A DNA stretch of 64,000 nt, from the NCBI GenBank assembly GCA_951406725.2, contig OX597829.1, positions 50,530,001 through 50,594,000 of the forward strand, written 5' to 3'. Below the pieces are notes generated by a model. It was given only the letters and a program-made list of their open reading frames with translations. It was not told the origin of the DNA and did no database searches. Position 1 is the first letter of the stretch, and every line of letters begins with the position of its first letter. The DNA is from Octopus vulgaris. Taxonomy: Eukaryota. The position numbers were made by a program, and so were the translations under genes. Below are positions 39,011-52,029 of this stretch, piece after piece.

Positions 39011-40269
39011 TGGAAACTTCTTAGCATAAACTCCTTTTTCGTATACATGCATGAATGGGCAGTTATGGCTGTCATAAAGAAGCTCACATTGTAACCATCC
39101 ATTTGCAAGTGGGGCTGATCTGTGAGTGAATATGACAGATGAAAACTGTGTGGAATCCCATGATGTATGTATGTGTGTGTATGTGTGTGCATGTCTTTGG
39201 GCTTGTATTCGTCCTCTCCCCCTATTTGACAACTGTTATTTGTGTGTTTACATAGCCATAACTTAGCAGTTCTGTAATAGAATAATTACCAGGACATGCA
39301 TCAGACATAATTATTGGGATTGATTTGTTTTACCAAAATCCTTTGAGGCAATGCCCCAGCATGGCCACAATCCAATAACTGAAACAAGTAATGTAAAGCA
39401 AAGCACTTGTGGTAGTACCACGTAAAAGCACCCATGCGGCGCCATGTAAGAAAGCACCCAGCACTTTCTGTATAGTGGCCGGCATTAGGAAGGGCATCAA
39501 GCTGTAGAAACCATGCAGCAACTCTTGAAAGCATACAATTTCAGTGTTGCGTGCCATACACTGTGATTGAACCCATGATCACGTGATTAGGAAGGAAACT
39601 TATTAACCATATAGATCATCATCATCATCATCATTGTTTAGCGTCCGCTTTCCATGCTGGCATGGGTTGGACGGTTCAACTGGGGTCTGGGAAGCCAGGT
39701 TTCTACGGCTGGATGCCCTTCCTAACGCCAGCCACTCCATGAGTGTTGTGGGTGCTTTTTACGTGCCACCGGCACAGGTGCTAGACGAGGCTGGCAAACG
39801 AAATTATTGTATACAGTGCTCAGGTGCACCACAACTTGTCAAATAGTGCATATAAAGTACATGCAGTAATGTACAAATGCCTGGAAAGCGAACAATGTAT
39901 GAGTCAGATACATGCTTGTGTGTGCATGGAGGGGAGAAAATCAAGTGTAGTGTTGGCGAATCTCAGGAAGCATGGAAGTTTTGAAGGATGCAAGTGCTCC
40001 GACAACTAACAATATGTCTGCCCCTATCTCTACCCTAATATATATTTTGTTGTTTTCAGTCAATCTGCGAGAAAATTATTTTTTCTAATGACAAACTAAT
40101 TGCAATCAGTACCTCACCATCTCTGCCATTTCCGTAACCATGTAAGTTACGACGTTCTGTTTTTTTTTTTTCATGGGGGGAGGGGACAATTCCATTATTA
40201 ATAACACCATTACCGTCATTATCACCAGTACCTCCACCATCACCACCGCCAACAGTAACAACATCATCA

Positions 40270-40925
40270 TCCCACAATACCATCACTGTCACCGCCGCTT
40301 ACGCTACCACCACCAACACCAACACCACCACCAACACCAACACCACCACCATCATCATCACCTCCACTACCACCAACACAACACAACCACCACCAACAAC
40401 ACCACCAATACCAATATCACTACCAGCATCACCATCACTGCCACCACCACCAACACTACCACCACCACCACCACCACCACCACTACCACCAACACCACCA
40501 CCACCACCAACACCACCACCACCTTCACCACCACCACCACCACAACAACAACAACAACAGCAATGCCACCACCAATATCAATATCACCACCAGCATCACC
40601 ATCACTACCACCACCACCACCAACACCACTGCCACCACCATTATCACCAATACCGCCTGTAACACCACTCACACCAACACCACCGCCACCGCCGCCACCA
40701 CCACCACCACCACCACCACCACCTCCACTACCACCACCTCTACTACCACCAACACCACCACCAATACCAATATCACCACCAGCATCACCATCACTACCAC
40801 CACCACTAACAACAATACCACCACCAACAACAACAACAATATCAACACCAACACCACCTGCAACCCCACTCACACCAACACTGCCACCACCACCACCACC
40901 GCCAACACCACTACCACCACCAACA
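40270..40925. repeat. Degenerate (CCA/ACA)n repeat about 300 bp upstream of the SDR exon
   Basis: Direct inspection; internal duplication caatatcaccaccagcatcaccatcactaccaccacca at ~40580 and ~40770. Confidence 0.9.
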
Positions 40926-41233
40926 CCTTTTCTGTATAATTATCTATTCAGCAATTTACTGGCGTGTCAATAACAACAACAACAACAACAACAATAATAA
41001 TTTATAATTATAATCATTTTGTGGAGATTGCAGCACAATTTATGTAAAAAAAGGAGATCAAGGTTGCAGATTAACAGAGAACAAAGGTCATGGATTACCC
41101 GGAGATTAGCATATATTTAAAACATTAATCTGTTAGTTAAACATCGAACCTTTATTGATAGTATCCACAATATCTACATGTGTCTGTCTGTGTCTGCGTG
41201 TTTTTCCCAATCAATTTACACCTGAAGTCTGCG

Positions 41234-41512
41234 ATGCCATCAAAGAAATCAAGACGTGGCTCATCACCACCTGAAGACAAAAATGACGCACAACAAAGTT
41301 TCCTTATGAAAGTCGTAAACATCTTCCATTTCATTTTGTTTGTATGTTATGGATTGCTATCAACAGCCTGTAGTGCCCTTAAAGGGTACTGGAGAATTAT
41401 ACAGCCCCAGAAGAAAAAGGACATCTCACAGGAAATTATTCTGGTGACAGGAGGGGGTCGAGGACTTGGCAGAAGACTAGCTCTCGAATTTGCAAAGCAT
41501 TCACCAAAACAG
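41234..41512 (+). CDS. First coding exon of a short-chain dehydrogenase/reductase (SDR16C-like; retinol dehydrogenase / 17-beta-HSD type 11/13 group)
   Basis: MPSKKSRRG...[16 protein letters not shown] (hydrophobic anchor)...[31 protein letters not shown] with the TGxxxGxG Rossmann motif; ends at CAG|GTACC donor, phase 0; start codon choice is inferred. Confidence 0.88.
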
Positions 41513-41859
41513 GTACCAAAAATCTTTTTTTTTTATTTTAATGTGTCGTTTATATGATGAAAATACTTGTCGTTACCGTTGAAAATATTTTGCAATGTGT
41601 TTTACCATTGAATTAGTAGAATTATAAGAGTATTGAAAACAAAAAAAAATGCCATGCAGTATTTGATCTGGCTCTTTACATTATGAGTTCAAATCCTGCC
41701 AAGGTCAATTTTGCCTTTCCTCTTTTCTGGGTTGATAAAACAGTCAAATATCAAGCTTAATGTAATTGATTTATTTCATCCCGTAAAATTAATGACCTTG
41801 TAACAAAATCTGAAACAATTATTATTATTGTTGTTGTTGTTGTTATTATTATCATTAAT

Positions 41860-41915
<56 letters not shown>

Positions 41916-41963
41916 TATTATTATTATTGTTATTATTATTATTAGTGTTGTTGTTGTTGTTGT

Positions 41964-42300
41964 GAAGGCGCATGGCTCAGCAGTTAGAGCATCGAGCTTA
42001 CGATCGTGTGGTTGTGAGGTCGAATCCCAGTCCAGGCTGCGTGTTGTGTTCTTGAGCAAAACACTTTATTTCATATTCCTCAAATTTATTCAGCTGTAGA
42101 AATGAGTTGCGACGTCACAGGTGCCAAGCTGTATTGGTCTTTGCCTTTCCCTTGGATAACATCGGTGGTATGGAGACAGCCATTCTAGTATCCATGGGCA
42201 ACTGATGATCTTCTATAAACAACCTTGCCCGGATTTGTGTCTGGGAGGGTAATATTCTAGGTGCAATCCCATGGTCAGTCATGACCGAAGGGGGTCTCAG
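41964..42300 (+). mobile_element. tRNA-derived SINE inserted in a (TTG/TTA)n tract
   Basis: ggcgcatggctcagcagttag...gtcgaatcc...gtgttcttgagcaaaacacttta; related head at 57598-57850. Confidence 0.8.
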
Positions 42301-43267
42301 CATTCCTTGATTATTATTGTTATTATTATCAATTATTATCATCATTAGTAATTGGCTCCATGCCATCAAAAATGACAGCTAATTGTAGTATTTTATATAT
42401 AAATAAGGTACAAAATACGGTACATAATAATTACAGATACAAACGTTCACATACTTCTCTTGTACACACACACACATGCACACATATACTCAAACACAGT
42501 TGAAACGCTGTTTGATTTTTCTTTTCAGCATTGAATGTTCACCATCCCATTTCCATTGCACATATATACACACAAACACATTCACCCACCTCCCTTTTAC
42601 ATACACACACATATACTCACACAGAGTTGAAATGCTGTTTGATTTTTTTTGTTTTTTTTCACCATAGAATTTCCAACATCCTACTACCAGGTTTGCCATC
42701 ACCCCTTCCTTCCTTCTTCATCTATCATCCCTTCCTTTACCACTCATATGTTGTGATGGAGAAAAACACAGGAGTATTATTATAGTAGATGTTTTACATC
42801 AAGATGCATATTTAGCATTATATGATACAATTGCATATTCACACAGAGGTGCAGGCATGGCTGCGTGGTAAGAAGTTTCCTGGGTTCAGTCCCACTGCAC
42901 AGCACTTTACACAAGTGTCTTCTACTATAAACCTTGGGCAAACCAAAGCTTTGTAAGTGAATTTGCATGACGGAAAGTGAAAGAAGCCCGTCATGTGTGT
43001 GTGTGTGTGTGTGTCTGGTAAGCCAGAAGACTGCACAAGGCTCCAATCTCATCTGGCAATGTTTCTGCAGTTGGATGCCCTTCCTAACATCAACCACTCT
43101 GAGAATGTAGTGGGTGCTTTTTACATGTCACTGGCATGAGGGGCAGACAGGGGGTACTGGCATCAACCACACTTGAATGGTGCTCTTTATGTGCCACCAG
43201 TGCAGGAGCCAGTCAGGCGACGCTGGCAATGACCATGCTCGAATGGTGCTTTTTTATATATTGATAA

Positions 43268-43314
<47 letters not shown>

Positions 43315-44172
43315 CCACCCCTGGCCCCTGTGCCAGTGGTACGTAAAAAGCACCCACTACACTCACGGAGTGGTTGGTGTTAGGAAGGGCATCCAGCTGT
43401 AAAAACACTGCCAGGTCTGACTGGAGTCGAACCATCCAACCTGTGCTAGCATGGAGAACGGACGTTAAACAATGATGATGATGATGATGATATGTATGGA
43501 AAAAAAAGTCAAAGTAGAAAATGCTAAAATAATTTTATCATAAAAATCATTTTAATCATTGAGATCTTTTCAACTCTCAGTATGGAAAACAAATTAGATT
43601 TTGGCAAAATTAAAAGAAAAGTTTTTTAAAAGAATATTTGCATAGTTTTCAAATACAAGGGACATTTTCCTTGTTTCTGCCTGTCTCTGTCTCTCTTGTT
43701 TACACTTGTGGGTTCGAGGTCGTTGAATATATATATATTTTTTTATTTGTTTCGGTCATTTAACTCCATGCAGGAGCACTGCCTTTAGTTGAACAAATCG
43801 ACCCAGGACTTATTCTTCAAAAGCCTAGTACTTATTCTATTGGTCTCTTTTGCTGAACTGCTAATTTACGGGGACAAAACGTAACAACATTGGTTGTCAA
43901 GCTATGGTGGTGGGTGGACAAACACAGACACTGAAACGTATATATATATATATATCATCATCATCATCATCATCATCATATATCTATCTTTCTATCTATC
44001 TATATATCTATATATATAAATGACAGACTTCGTTCAGTTTCCGTCTGCCAAATCCACTCACAAAGCTTTGATCAGCCCAAGGCTATAGTAGAAGACTCTT
44101 GCCTAAGGTACCACGCAGTGGGACTAAAACCGGAACCATGTGGTTGGGAAGCAAACCACAGCCACACCTGCC

Positions 44173-44326
<154 letters not shown>

Positions 44327-44804
44327 GTATGTACGTGTGTATATGTATATGCACGTATGGGCATGTATGTATGCATCTATGAATGCATGTGCGTATATCT
44401 GTGTGTGCCTTAGTGTCTGTGTTTGTCCTCCCCATAACTACTTGACAACCGATGTTTGTGTGTTTACATCCCAGTAACTAAGCAGTTCAGCAAAAGAGGA
44501 TTGATAAGATAAGTACTTGGCTTTAAAAATAAGCCTACAGATCGATTTGGTTGACTAAAATCTCTTCAGGGTAGTGCTGCAGCATGGCCACAGTCAAATA
44601 ACTGAAACCAGTAAAAGAAAAAAAAAAGGAAAGAATATACACCGGAAGACCATGGAAACATTCAGGATTGAACTCAATAACTGAAAATATTACCCGAGAT
44701 GGAGAACGGTAGGATTGAACCAGCAAACATACCAGTCACTGAAACAAACTTCTTCAGTGCACAGCCTACACCTGAAGCTATATGTCGTATGTCACGATAG
44801 ACAA

Positions 44805-45037
44805 AGGGTGGCAAGCTGGTAGAAACGTTAGCACGCCGGGCGAAATGCTTAGGGGTATGTCGTCTGCCGTTACGTTCTGAGTTCAAATTCCATCGAGTTG
44901 ACTTTACCTTTCATCCTTTCAGGGTCGATTAAATAAATACCAGTTACGCCGTGGGGGTCATGTAATCGACTTAATCCCTTTGTCTGCCCTTGTTTGTTCC
45001 CTCTATGTTTATCTCCCCGTGGGCAATAAAGAAATGA
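44805..45037 (+). mobile_element. SINE with 16-bp TSD
   Basis: TSD atgtcacgatagacaa at 44789-44804 and 45038-45053. Confidence 0.9.
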
Positions 45038-45106
45038 ATGTCACGATAGACAAGAATCTTGCGAAGATTTGAAGAGAGCTGTCTTGCATTTATTAAGTAC
45101 CATAGC

Positions 45107-47027
45107 AAGAAAATGCGAGCGTTGGTACTTAAATTTCTCTCGAGTAAGAAGATGTAAGAAAGGAATTGTTGAACCGATTTAGCTTATGAAAGGGGGATTA
45201 AGAGAACAAGGTAGAAACAAAAGAATATAAAAGTTACTTTTTTTTGTGTCATAGAATCCAAATGTGACCATTTTGCTCAGGAAAACAAAAAGACTTAAAA
45301 AGAAAAGGAAAAGAAAAGAAACGTGTTTTTAAACCACAAAAGCTCCTTAATTCTTTTATTATTCTTTTCATGATGTAAAACTAATTGTCTTCAGTTAAAT
45401 TCTTGAACATAATTCTTCGAAACTGATAACCAAAATGAGAACCCTACAATTGTATCTTAAAATAGAAAAGAACGGGATTTTCTTTTCGGCGGAGTGGAAC
45501 ATTTTCTCATTAATCTTCTTCGTCGTGGAGCCGTGAAGAATTTTGGTATTATTACATGCCATATAAAACTTCCACTCCCTACAATTGCTCCAAGTACTGC
45601 TACAATTAACCACATAATGTGAAGTGACGGTTACTTGATGCTCCTTAAATTGTAATAGTTTTTATAAACTCTTCGGCATTCTAAAGCCTTGTTGTTTTCA
45701 CTTTTATTCTTACCAGCGTATTCTGGACATTGTCCGGATTGCGCCGATAGTATTTTGTTTAGAAACACCCTTTGTTTTGCAGGAGGTGTGCATAAAAGAA
45801 ATATTGATTTTTTAACAACTTGCGAAAAAAGCAAATATTTTGCCACTTTCCTTATTTATTTAAAGATGGCTGATAAAGAAGTCCTCATAATGTTCTACAA
45901 CGACGCGTTCTTTGTCGGAGAAAAGACAGCATAAAAACGTAGCAGGGAAATACACTTGGTGACGTCACCGAGGCGAAAACAGTTTGGTCTTTAAGCAGCG
46001 TCCAAGTGATTAGGTGATTATGACGACGACAATGGCTACGGCAGCGGCCACACTAAGCAGCAGTGACCAATAACAACAACAGCAACAACAACCATATCAA
46101 CAACGACAACAAGAATGATACAACCACCTGCGCTGCAGTGAAGTTTTCCTTTGCGATTACTGCGAGAAATTTGGAAGATTTCCGATGAAGAAGATCTGAA
46201 AATGGCCAGGAAAAATTGTTGAAAGGAATGGGAGAAAAGTAGCCCTAAACCCTCCATCTGATGTGAACGAGAATCTTATGATGTATGAGCATATACCGCT
46301 GCACCGGAGTTAAATTACGCCGGGTTGAAAATGCTTCTGAAAATGCTTCCGGGAGCCAAATACAAAAATGTGTTGGTGCGTGTTTGAACTGTTGGAACAG
46401 AAGATCCACATCACTCGATAAAAGAAATTTGAAACTATTGAGGTGAGATTTAAGACCGAAGAAGAAGTCAGGTGTCATTCCGCGACCACTTTGAGGAATT
46501 TTCATTCTTCTTAATCCCCAGCTATTGTGGTCAACGCCTTGCTAAGATTAGGATGTTGAACATGCCACCGGAAATATTCATCACTTGGTTAGTGGCGGCC
46601 GTTGTGGCAGGCTTAGAAGACGATGTGACAATGTTGGAGGTCAAGAAAATAACTAAACAAAACCGGTCAAGAATAAATATGGAGCTGACCTTTTAATGTC
46701 AATAAGCTTATATCGACCAGCTGCCCGATCTAAACGATCTCCAGGTTAGTACTTCATTTGTCAGTAGAGGGTAGAAAACCAAGATGTCACGTATGTGGGT
46801 TTGTGACTCGCTTAAAGGCTTTCTGCCCTGAAACTAGAAAACACTGAACTCCACTGTTGTCAACACTACAAACATCACAAACGCAAAACCGACTTTGCCT
46901 TTCATCCTTTCGAAACCGATAAATTAAGTACCAGTGGAACACTAGGGTCGTTGTAATCGACTAGCCCACTCTCCCAAAATTTCAAACCTTGTGCCTACAG
47001 CAGAAAGGATTATTGTTGTTGTTGTTA

Positions 47028-47100
<73 letters not shown>
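45107..47100 (+). repeat. Left arm of a long inverted duplication
   Basis: aagaaaatgcgagcgttggtacttaa at 45107 is the reverse complement of 54956-54981; similarity continues to the SINE tail and (TTA)n at 46870-47100, which match 52510-52755. Confidence 0.92.
45863..45969 (+). promoter_or_regulatory. CpG-rich promoter-like segment: YY1-like AAGATGGC (45863-45870) and palindromic CRE GGTGACGTCACC (45958-45969); mirrored at 53832-53938
   Basis: Motifs seen directly; function is inferred. Confidence 0.35.
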
Positions 47101-47103
<3 letters not shown>

Positions 47104-47689
47104 TAAAGTCGGTGAGCAGTTGATGTCGAAGTTGATAATCTAAGTACCAGTGAAACACTGGTGTCGATGTTATTCTCTCCACCAAATTTCAGGCCTTGTG
47201 CCTTCATTTGATAGAACTTTTTTTTTTATCATTGCATTATAGGTAAACCCCCCCCCTCCACACTTTATGTCTGTCTTTTTATTGTCCCCCTCATCCTTCG
47301 CCCTGGTGGCAAATAAAAGATTTCTTTTAAATGCATTCAATGTTTCTCACCTTCAAAGATTTGGCTACTATTTCTAGCACGCCATGTCACCACGTAACAG
47401 CTATTTGCGATAAAGAACCCGAAATACCTGGTACGTGGTAGTAGGACGTGCAAGAAATAGTGGCCAAATCTTTCCTTTTATGGCGAAAGGAGCGGCTTAT
47501 GCGAGATTTCAGAGTCACATTCGTTGGAAGCATGCGAAATAATATGGAAAAGAAGAAAAAAAAGAAAACAGCACGGAAAAAACTCCGTTACTGAGAAACT
47601 CATTCTTCCCTGCTGATCCAACGGGTCACGAGCAGTGTAGTTATTATTATTATTATTGTTGTTGTTGTTGAAAGTGGATGGCTTAGGGC

Positions 47690-48540
47690 AAATAAGAATG
47701 GCTAGAAAAACCGATGCATGGTCGATACCCATGTAGAGTGAAGAAACTAGACGTAGAGAAACGAGACACTCATGTATGGATGAAGAGATCAAGACAGAAG
47801 GATAAAACCGAAGGTTTTATGATAGCAGCACAAGATCAAAGCTTGGCAACCAGGGCTTACCACAACAAGATAATGAGCGATGGCACTGACCCGAAATGCA
47901 GAATGTGTCATGAGCAGGATGAAACAGTGGACCACATCTTAACTGGATGCACAACGCTTGCAAAAACCGAATATATTCATAGACACAATAGAGTAGCGCA
48001 ATATATCCATTGGAAGATATGTAAATACTACCAGCTTCCAACTTCAGAAAGATGGTACCAGCATAAACCTGAAACTGTGACCGGAAAAGATGATGTAACA
48101 GTACTCTGGGACATGCCAATCAACACTGATAAAGAAATCAAGGCAAACAGGCCGGACATAATCATCAAAGATGGGAAGAATAGGAAATGCTTAATGATAG
48201 ATGTGAGAGCACCATCAGAGAGAAATGCGTCCATTAAAGAAGTTAAGAAGTTATTTAAGTACAAAGACCTAGAAATAGAAGTGACCAAGATGTGGGGAAT
48301 GAAAAGCAGCACAGCACCAGTGGTGATTGGAGCGTTAGGGCCAGTTAAAAAGGGCCTTGATAAGCAGCTCAACAAACTCCCTTGCAGTGTTAACGTGGGA
48401 GAGCTTTCAGAAAATAGTGTTGCTTGTTTCCGCACACTTTTTACGTCGTGTACTCTCCATCAGATGAGGACCTGCTGTGACCCTAAGGTCAAGGGATGAC
48501 CCCGGTTTAGCAGAAAACAACGGGCCATATTTTAAAATAA
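47690..48540 (+). mobile_element. R4/Dong-clade LINE 3' fragment (CCHC + RLE)
   Basis: MHGRY...AAQDQSL...KCRMCHEQDETVDHILTGC...VLWDMPINTDKEIKANRPDIII...CLMIDV...KYKDLEIEVTKMW; followed by (AAT/GAT)n at 48540-48800. Confidence 0.92.
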
Positions 48541-48596
48541 TACTAATAATGATAATAATAACGACGACGACGATGATGATGATGATGATGATGATG

Positions 48597-48660
<64 letters not shown>

Positions 48661-48674
48661 TAATAACGATGATA

Positions 48675-48730
<56 letters not shown>

Positions 48731-48731
48731 A

Positions 48732-48790
<59 letters not shown>

Positions 48791-51365
48791 TAATAATAAT
48801 AATTTAAAAAAGGATTGACTAACTCTTCACAAAGGTAAATAGTCAAGACGAAGAGCGTGATTCGATTGTAAGATATTTTATTAGTTGAACGATATTTCAA
48901 CAGTACGTCTGTCTTTGTCAAGTTCAAAATAAGAAGTGATAAAAATTCAAAATTACAGAAATTTAAACGTAAAGTTTGAACGAGAGCAACAAGCGTCCAC
49001 ACGTTGGTGGAATGACGTCATCAGTTTCTAAGTTACAATTTTATAATAGGCGGAAAGAAAAAGACAGAAATAAACAGAAAAAAGAAGACGACAGAAAAAA
49101 GGAAAGAAAAAGAGAGAAAGAAGAATATTTAGTCAAACAGTTTTGTATAAATTTGATGATATTCTCCTGTCATTTTATCCAATCCTCCAGAGCGTGATGT
49201 TAATAACCCGCAAACATATTTCTCCTCATGCATTCAGAGAAGTGAAAGTGAAGCAGATTCGGAATATTTTCTGAGAATATGCACTTTCAAGTCTTCTTCA
49301 AAATTGCAGCCGCTTGAAACTAAATGTTCAGCAAGATCTGTCGAACTACTGTTACTGTGCCTGGCGTCATATCTGTACTCATTAAACCTTTTGTTTAATT
49401 GTTCTGTTGTACAATCAACATAAACTGTGTTTCGTGCATTCCGCAGCGTACACCAAATGGGAATCTTTACACGCTCCACCTTCTGTATGTATATCATAAC
49501 ATTTCTGTTATGGTTTCTGATGGAATTCACTTCACTCATGTTGTTGCACAACAAACAGGGCTTACCTCTCTTGCGGCTGTTCTTTAAAGTACAGCGTGTA
49601 GATACTCCAATGTTCGTTCTCTTGGAGTCAGATATAGAGATCAATAATTCTCTTATATTCTTATTCCGTCTAAGGTCTATAATAGGCGGCTGAGGAAATA
49701 TCTGTTTGAAACGAGGATATTTCTTCAACACATGCTGGGAACTTTCATGCAACACTTTCGAAATGCCAGCGAAATGTTTGGTGCCAGTTAATCACTAAAG
49801 GAATTTCGTCATCTATTGTATTGTATTTGCTAAAAGTATGCGTGATGGTTTGACTATCTTTGCTAATGTTAGCTATTCTCATTTGCTATTTCCTTTAATC
49901 GTGATTCACTGTAACCGCGTTTGACATAATGACGTACAAATGCATTTGAGTGTTTCCAGTAATCTCTTATGTCAGTACAAATCCGTTTTATCCTCAAGAA
50001 TTGGGATTTCGGATTTGACCGAATAAGATTATCCGGATGATCGGAATGGCGATGAAGATAAATGCGGGATGATGTGGGCTTGCAAAATAACCCTGTCACT
50101 ATTCTGCCTCCAGAAAACTTGACTTTTGTGTCCAAAAATTCAACGCTAGTTTTTGAGAAAAAACTAGACGTAAATTTTATGTTTGACTTAAAGCCATAGT
50201 TTCTAGCATAACAGTCACAGAAATGCAAGAAGTCCATTAAACTATCCTGAGATCCTTCCCTAACAAAAAATACGTCGTCAATGAACCATAACCAGAGTAT
50301 TGGTTCATGACCATGAATGGATTTGAATGTCTTCGGTAACTGTGTCTCGAATTTCGTCTTGAAGATATTAACGAAATTAACTGCCAAGGGGGTTTCGTAT
50401 GTTGGTAAAATCTTTGTCAAGACTTCATTGTGTTACTTTCTAACACAAACCTCAATAATCTACAGAGAAAATTTGATGGAATACTTTTGTTTGACTGCTT
50501 TTCGAAGACATCCATGCATGCTTCTACCCCTTCATTATGGTCAATATTGGGATATAAGGAAGAAACATCCATGTTTACCGAAAAACAGTTCTCGGTACGG
50601 CTTCGGTGCTTAAAAAAGTTGTTGATTTTAGATACAAAATCACAGGTATCCAGAATATAGGAACTTGATCGTTTTGCGACGGGGAGTAGAAAGCTATCCA
50701 GCCATTTCGAAATTTTGGCCGTGCATCTTTCATATTCGCTGCAAATTGGGTGCATTGGAGGAAATCTTTCTAACGTTTTGTGTATTTTAAGGAGACCATA
50801 AAATACCGATATTCTTCTTTCTGACCATAAAGTTCTGAATTCGGCCTCATTAACGAAATTGTTTTCCTCCATTTCCAGAATTATTTTGTCAAGTTCTCTG
50901 TAATTGGGGGTTTGAATCGAAGTTTTGTCACTTAAACTTCTTCACAAGCCGAAATATACTCACTGTTATCCATAATTACGACAATGTCTCCCTTATCTGC
51001 CATCTTAATAACAATAGAATCGTTATTAGCTAGACGTCGGGAATTTGCGAGATTATTCTAGGATTTCACTCCATTTGTTTTAAGGCTTTCTCTAATGCCT
51101 GCCTGACAAGATTCAAGAAATTCCAGAAGTGCTTGTGAACGTCCATCCCGAACTTTATCTGGATACCAATTGGGATTCTTTTCGATCCAATTATGCCGGA
51201 TTCGATCATCATTGTTTTTATTTTTTGTAAACATAGAATTTTCTGACTCCTCGTTACCAGTTTTTTCAAAAAAATATTTTTTCAGTTTGTGACGGCGGAC
51301 AAACTGAAATAGCCCTTGAGCTAGTTTATTCTTGCCGAAATTCTTAGTGCTTGGGCAAAAACTCA

Positions 51366-51718
51366 GGATCTTTTCGGTTTGAACAGCAGTTTTTTCTAGT
51401 GGTGTCATATGAAATTATCACCCATAATTATGACCCTAGTATCGATCTATTGTATTACAAACTGTTTTAGGGTTAGGGGTGGGGGGAAGGGTATCTTTTT
51501 TTTCTTCAGAAATGTAAATAAACCCAATCTGTTTCTTAAACGAGGGACATATTCATACGGCACAGAATGTTTTCACCTTCAATAGACGTCATTGATTGGT
51601 TGAAATTGCAGAAATTGAAGAAGAAAAAAATAACAAATATCTTACAAACTATAGAATTTTCTCAATAAAGCCACGTGGAAATTATTTTAAAAAACTGCCG
51701 TTCAAACCGAAAAGATCC
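51366..51718. mobile_element. MITE with 30-bp TIRs and 8-bp TSD, inserted in the Penelope ORF
   Basis: TIR ggatcttttcggtttgaacagcagtttttt / aaaaaactgccgttcaaaccgaaaagatcc; TSD aaaactca at 51358-51365 and 51719-51726. Confidence 0.93.
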
Positions 51719-52029
51719 AAAACTCAATCCAAGCTCTAAAACTGAGATACCGTTAGGCGAAAGTTTTAGTTTACATAAATTTATGACCGACTTATTATCT
51801 AGTGTGATGGTTTTTCTCGGGCAAGCGGTTTTCAGAATCTTTTTCTCATTAGATTCCAGGCTAGTTTTTGCTCGAAATCTTCACTTAAAACACGGAACCT
51901 ATTGGGTGATAAAATTTGTTCTGAATGTTCATGTGAGAAGTTGTTATTTTTAGTCGTCTTTCTAGGGGTAATCCATTTCTGGGTGGATGATAGACAGTGA
52001 GTGACTTCTGTGGTTTTTGTAGACATTTG

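Noticed and set aside
40173-40973. 266-aa His/Thr/Pro-rich mucin- or extensin-like ORF
   Set aside because: Degenerate (CCA)n repeat with drifting phase; no splice link to the SDR exon was seen
51361-51408. ORF-track start MTPLEKTAVQTEKIL for the Penelope protein
   Set aside because: These residues come from the inserted MITE TIR; the true frame continues at 51727 and beyond
51466-51486. Interstitial telomere (ttagggttaggg)
   Set aside because: Only two units, internal to the MITE
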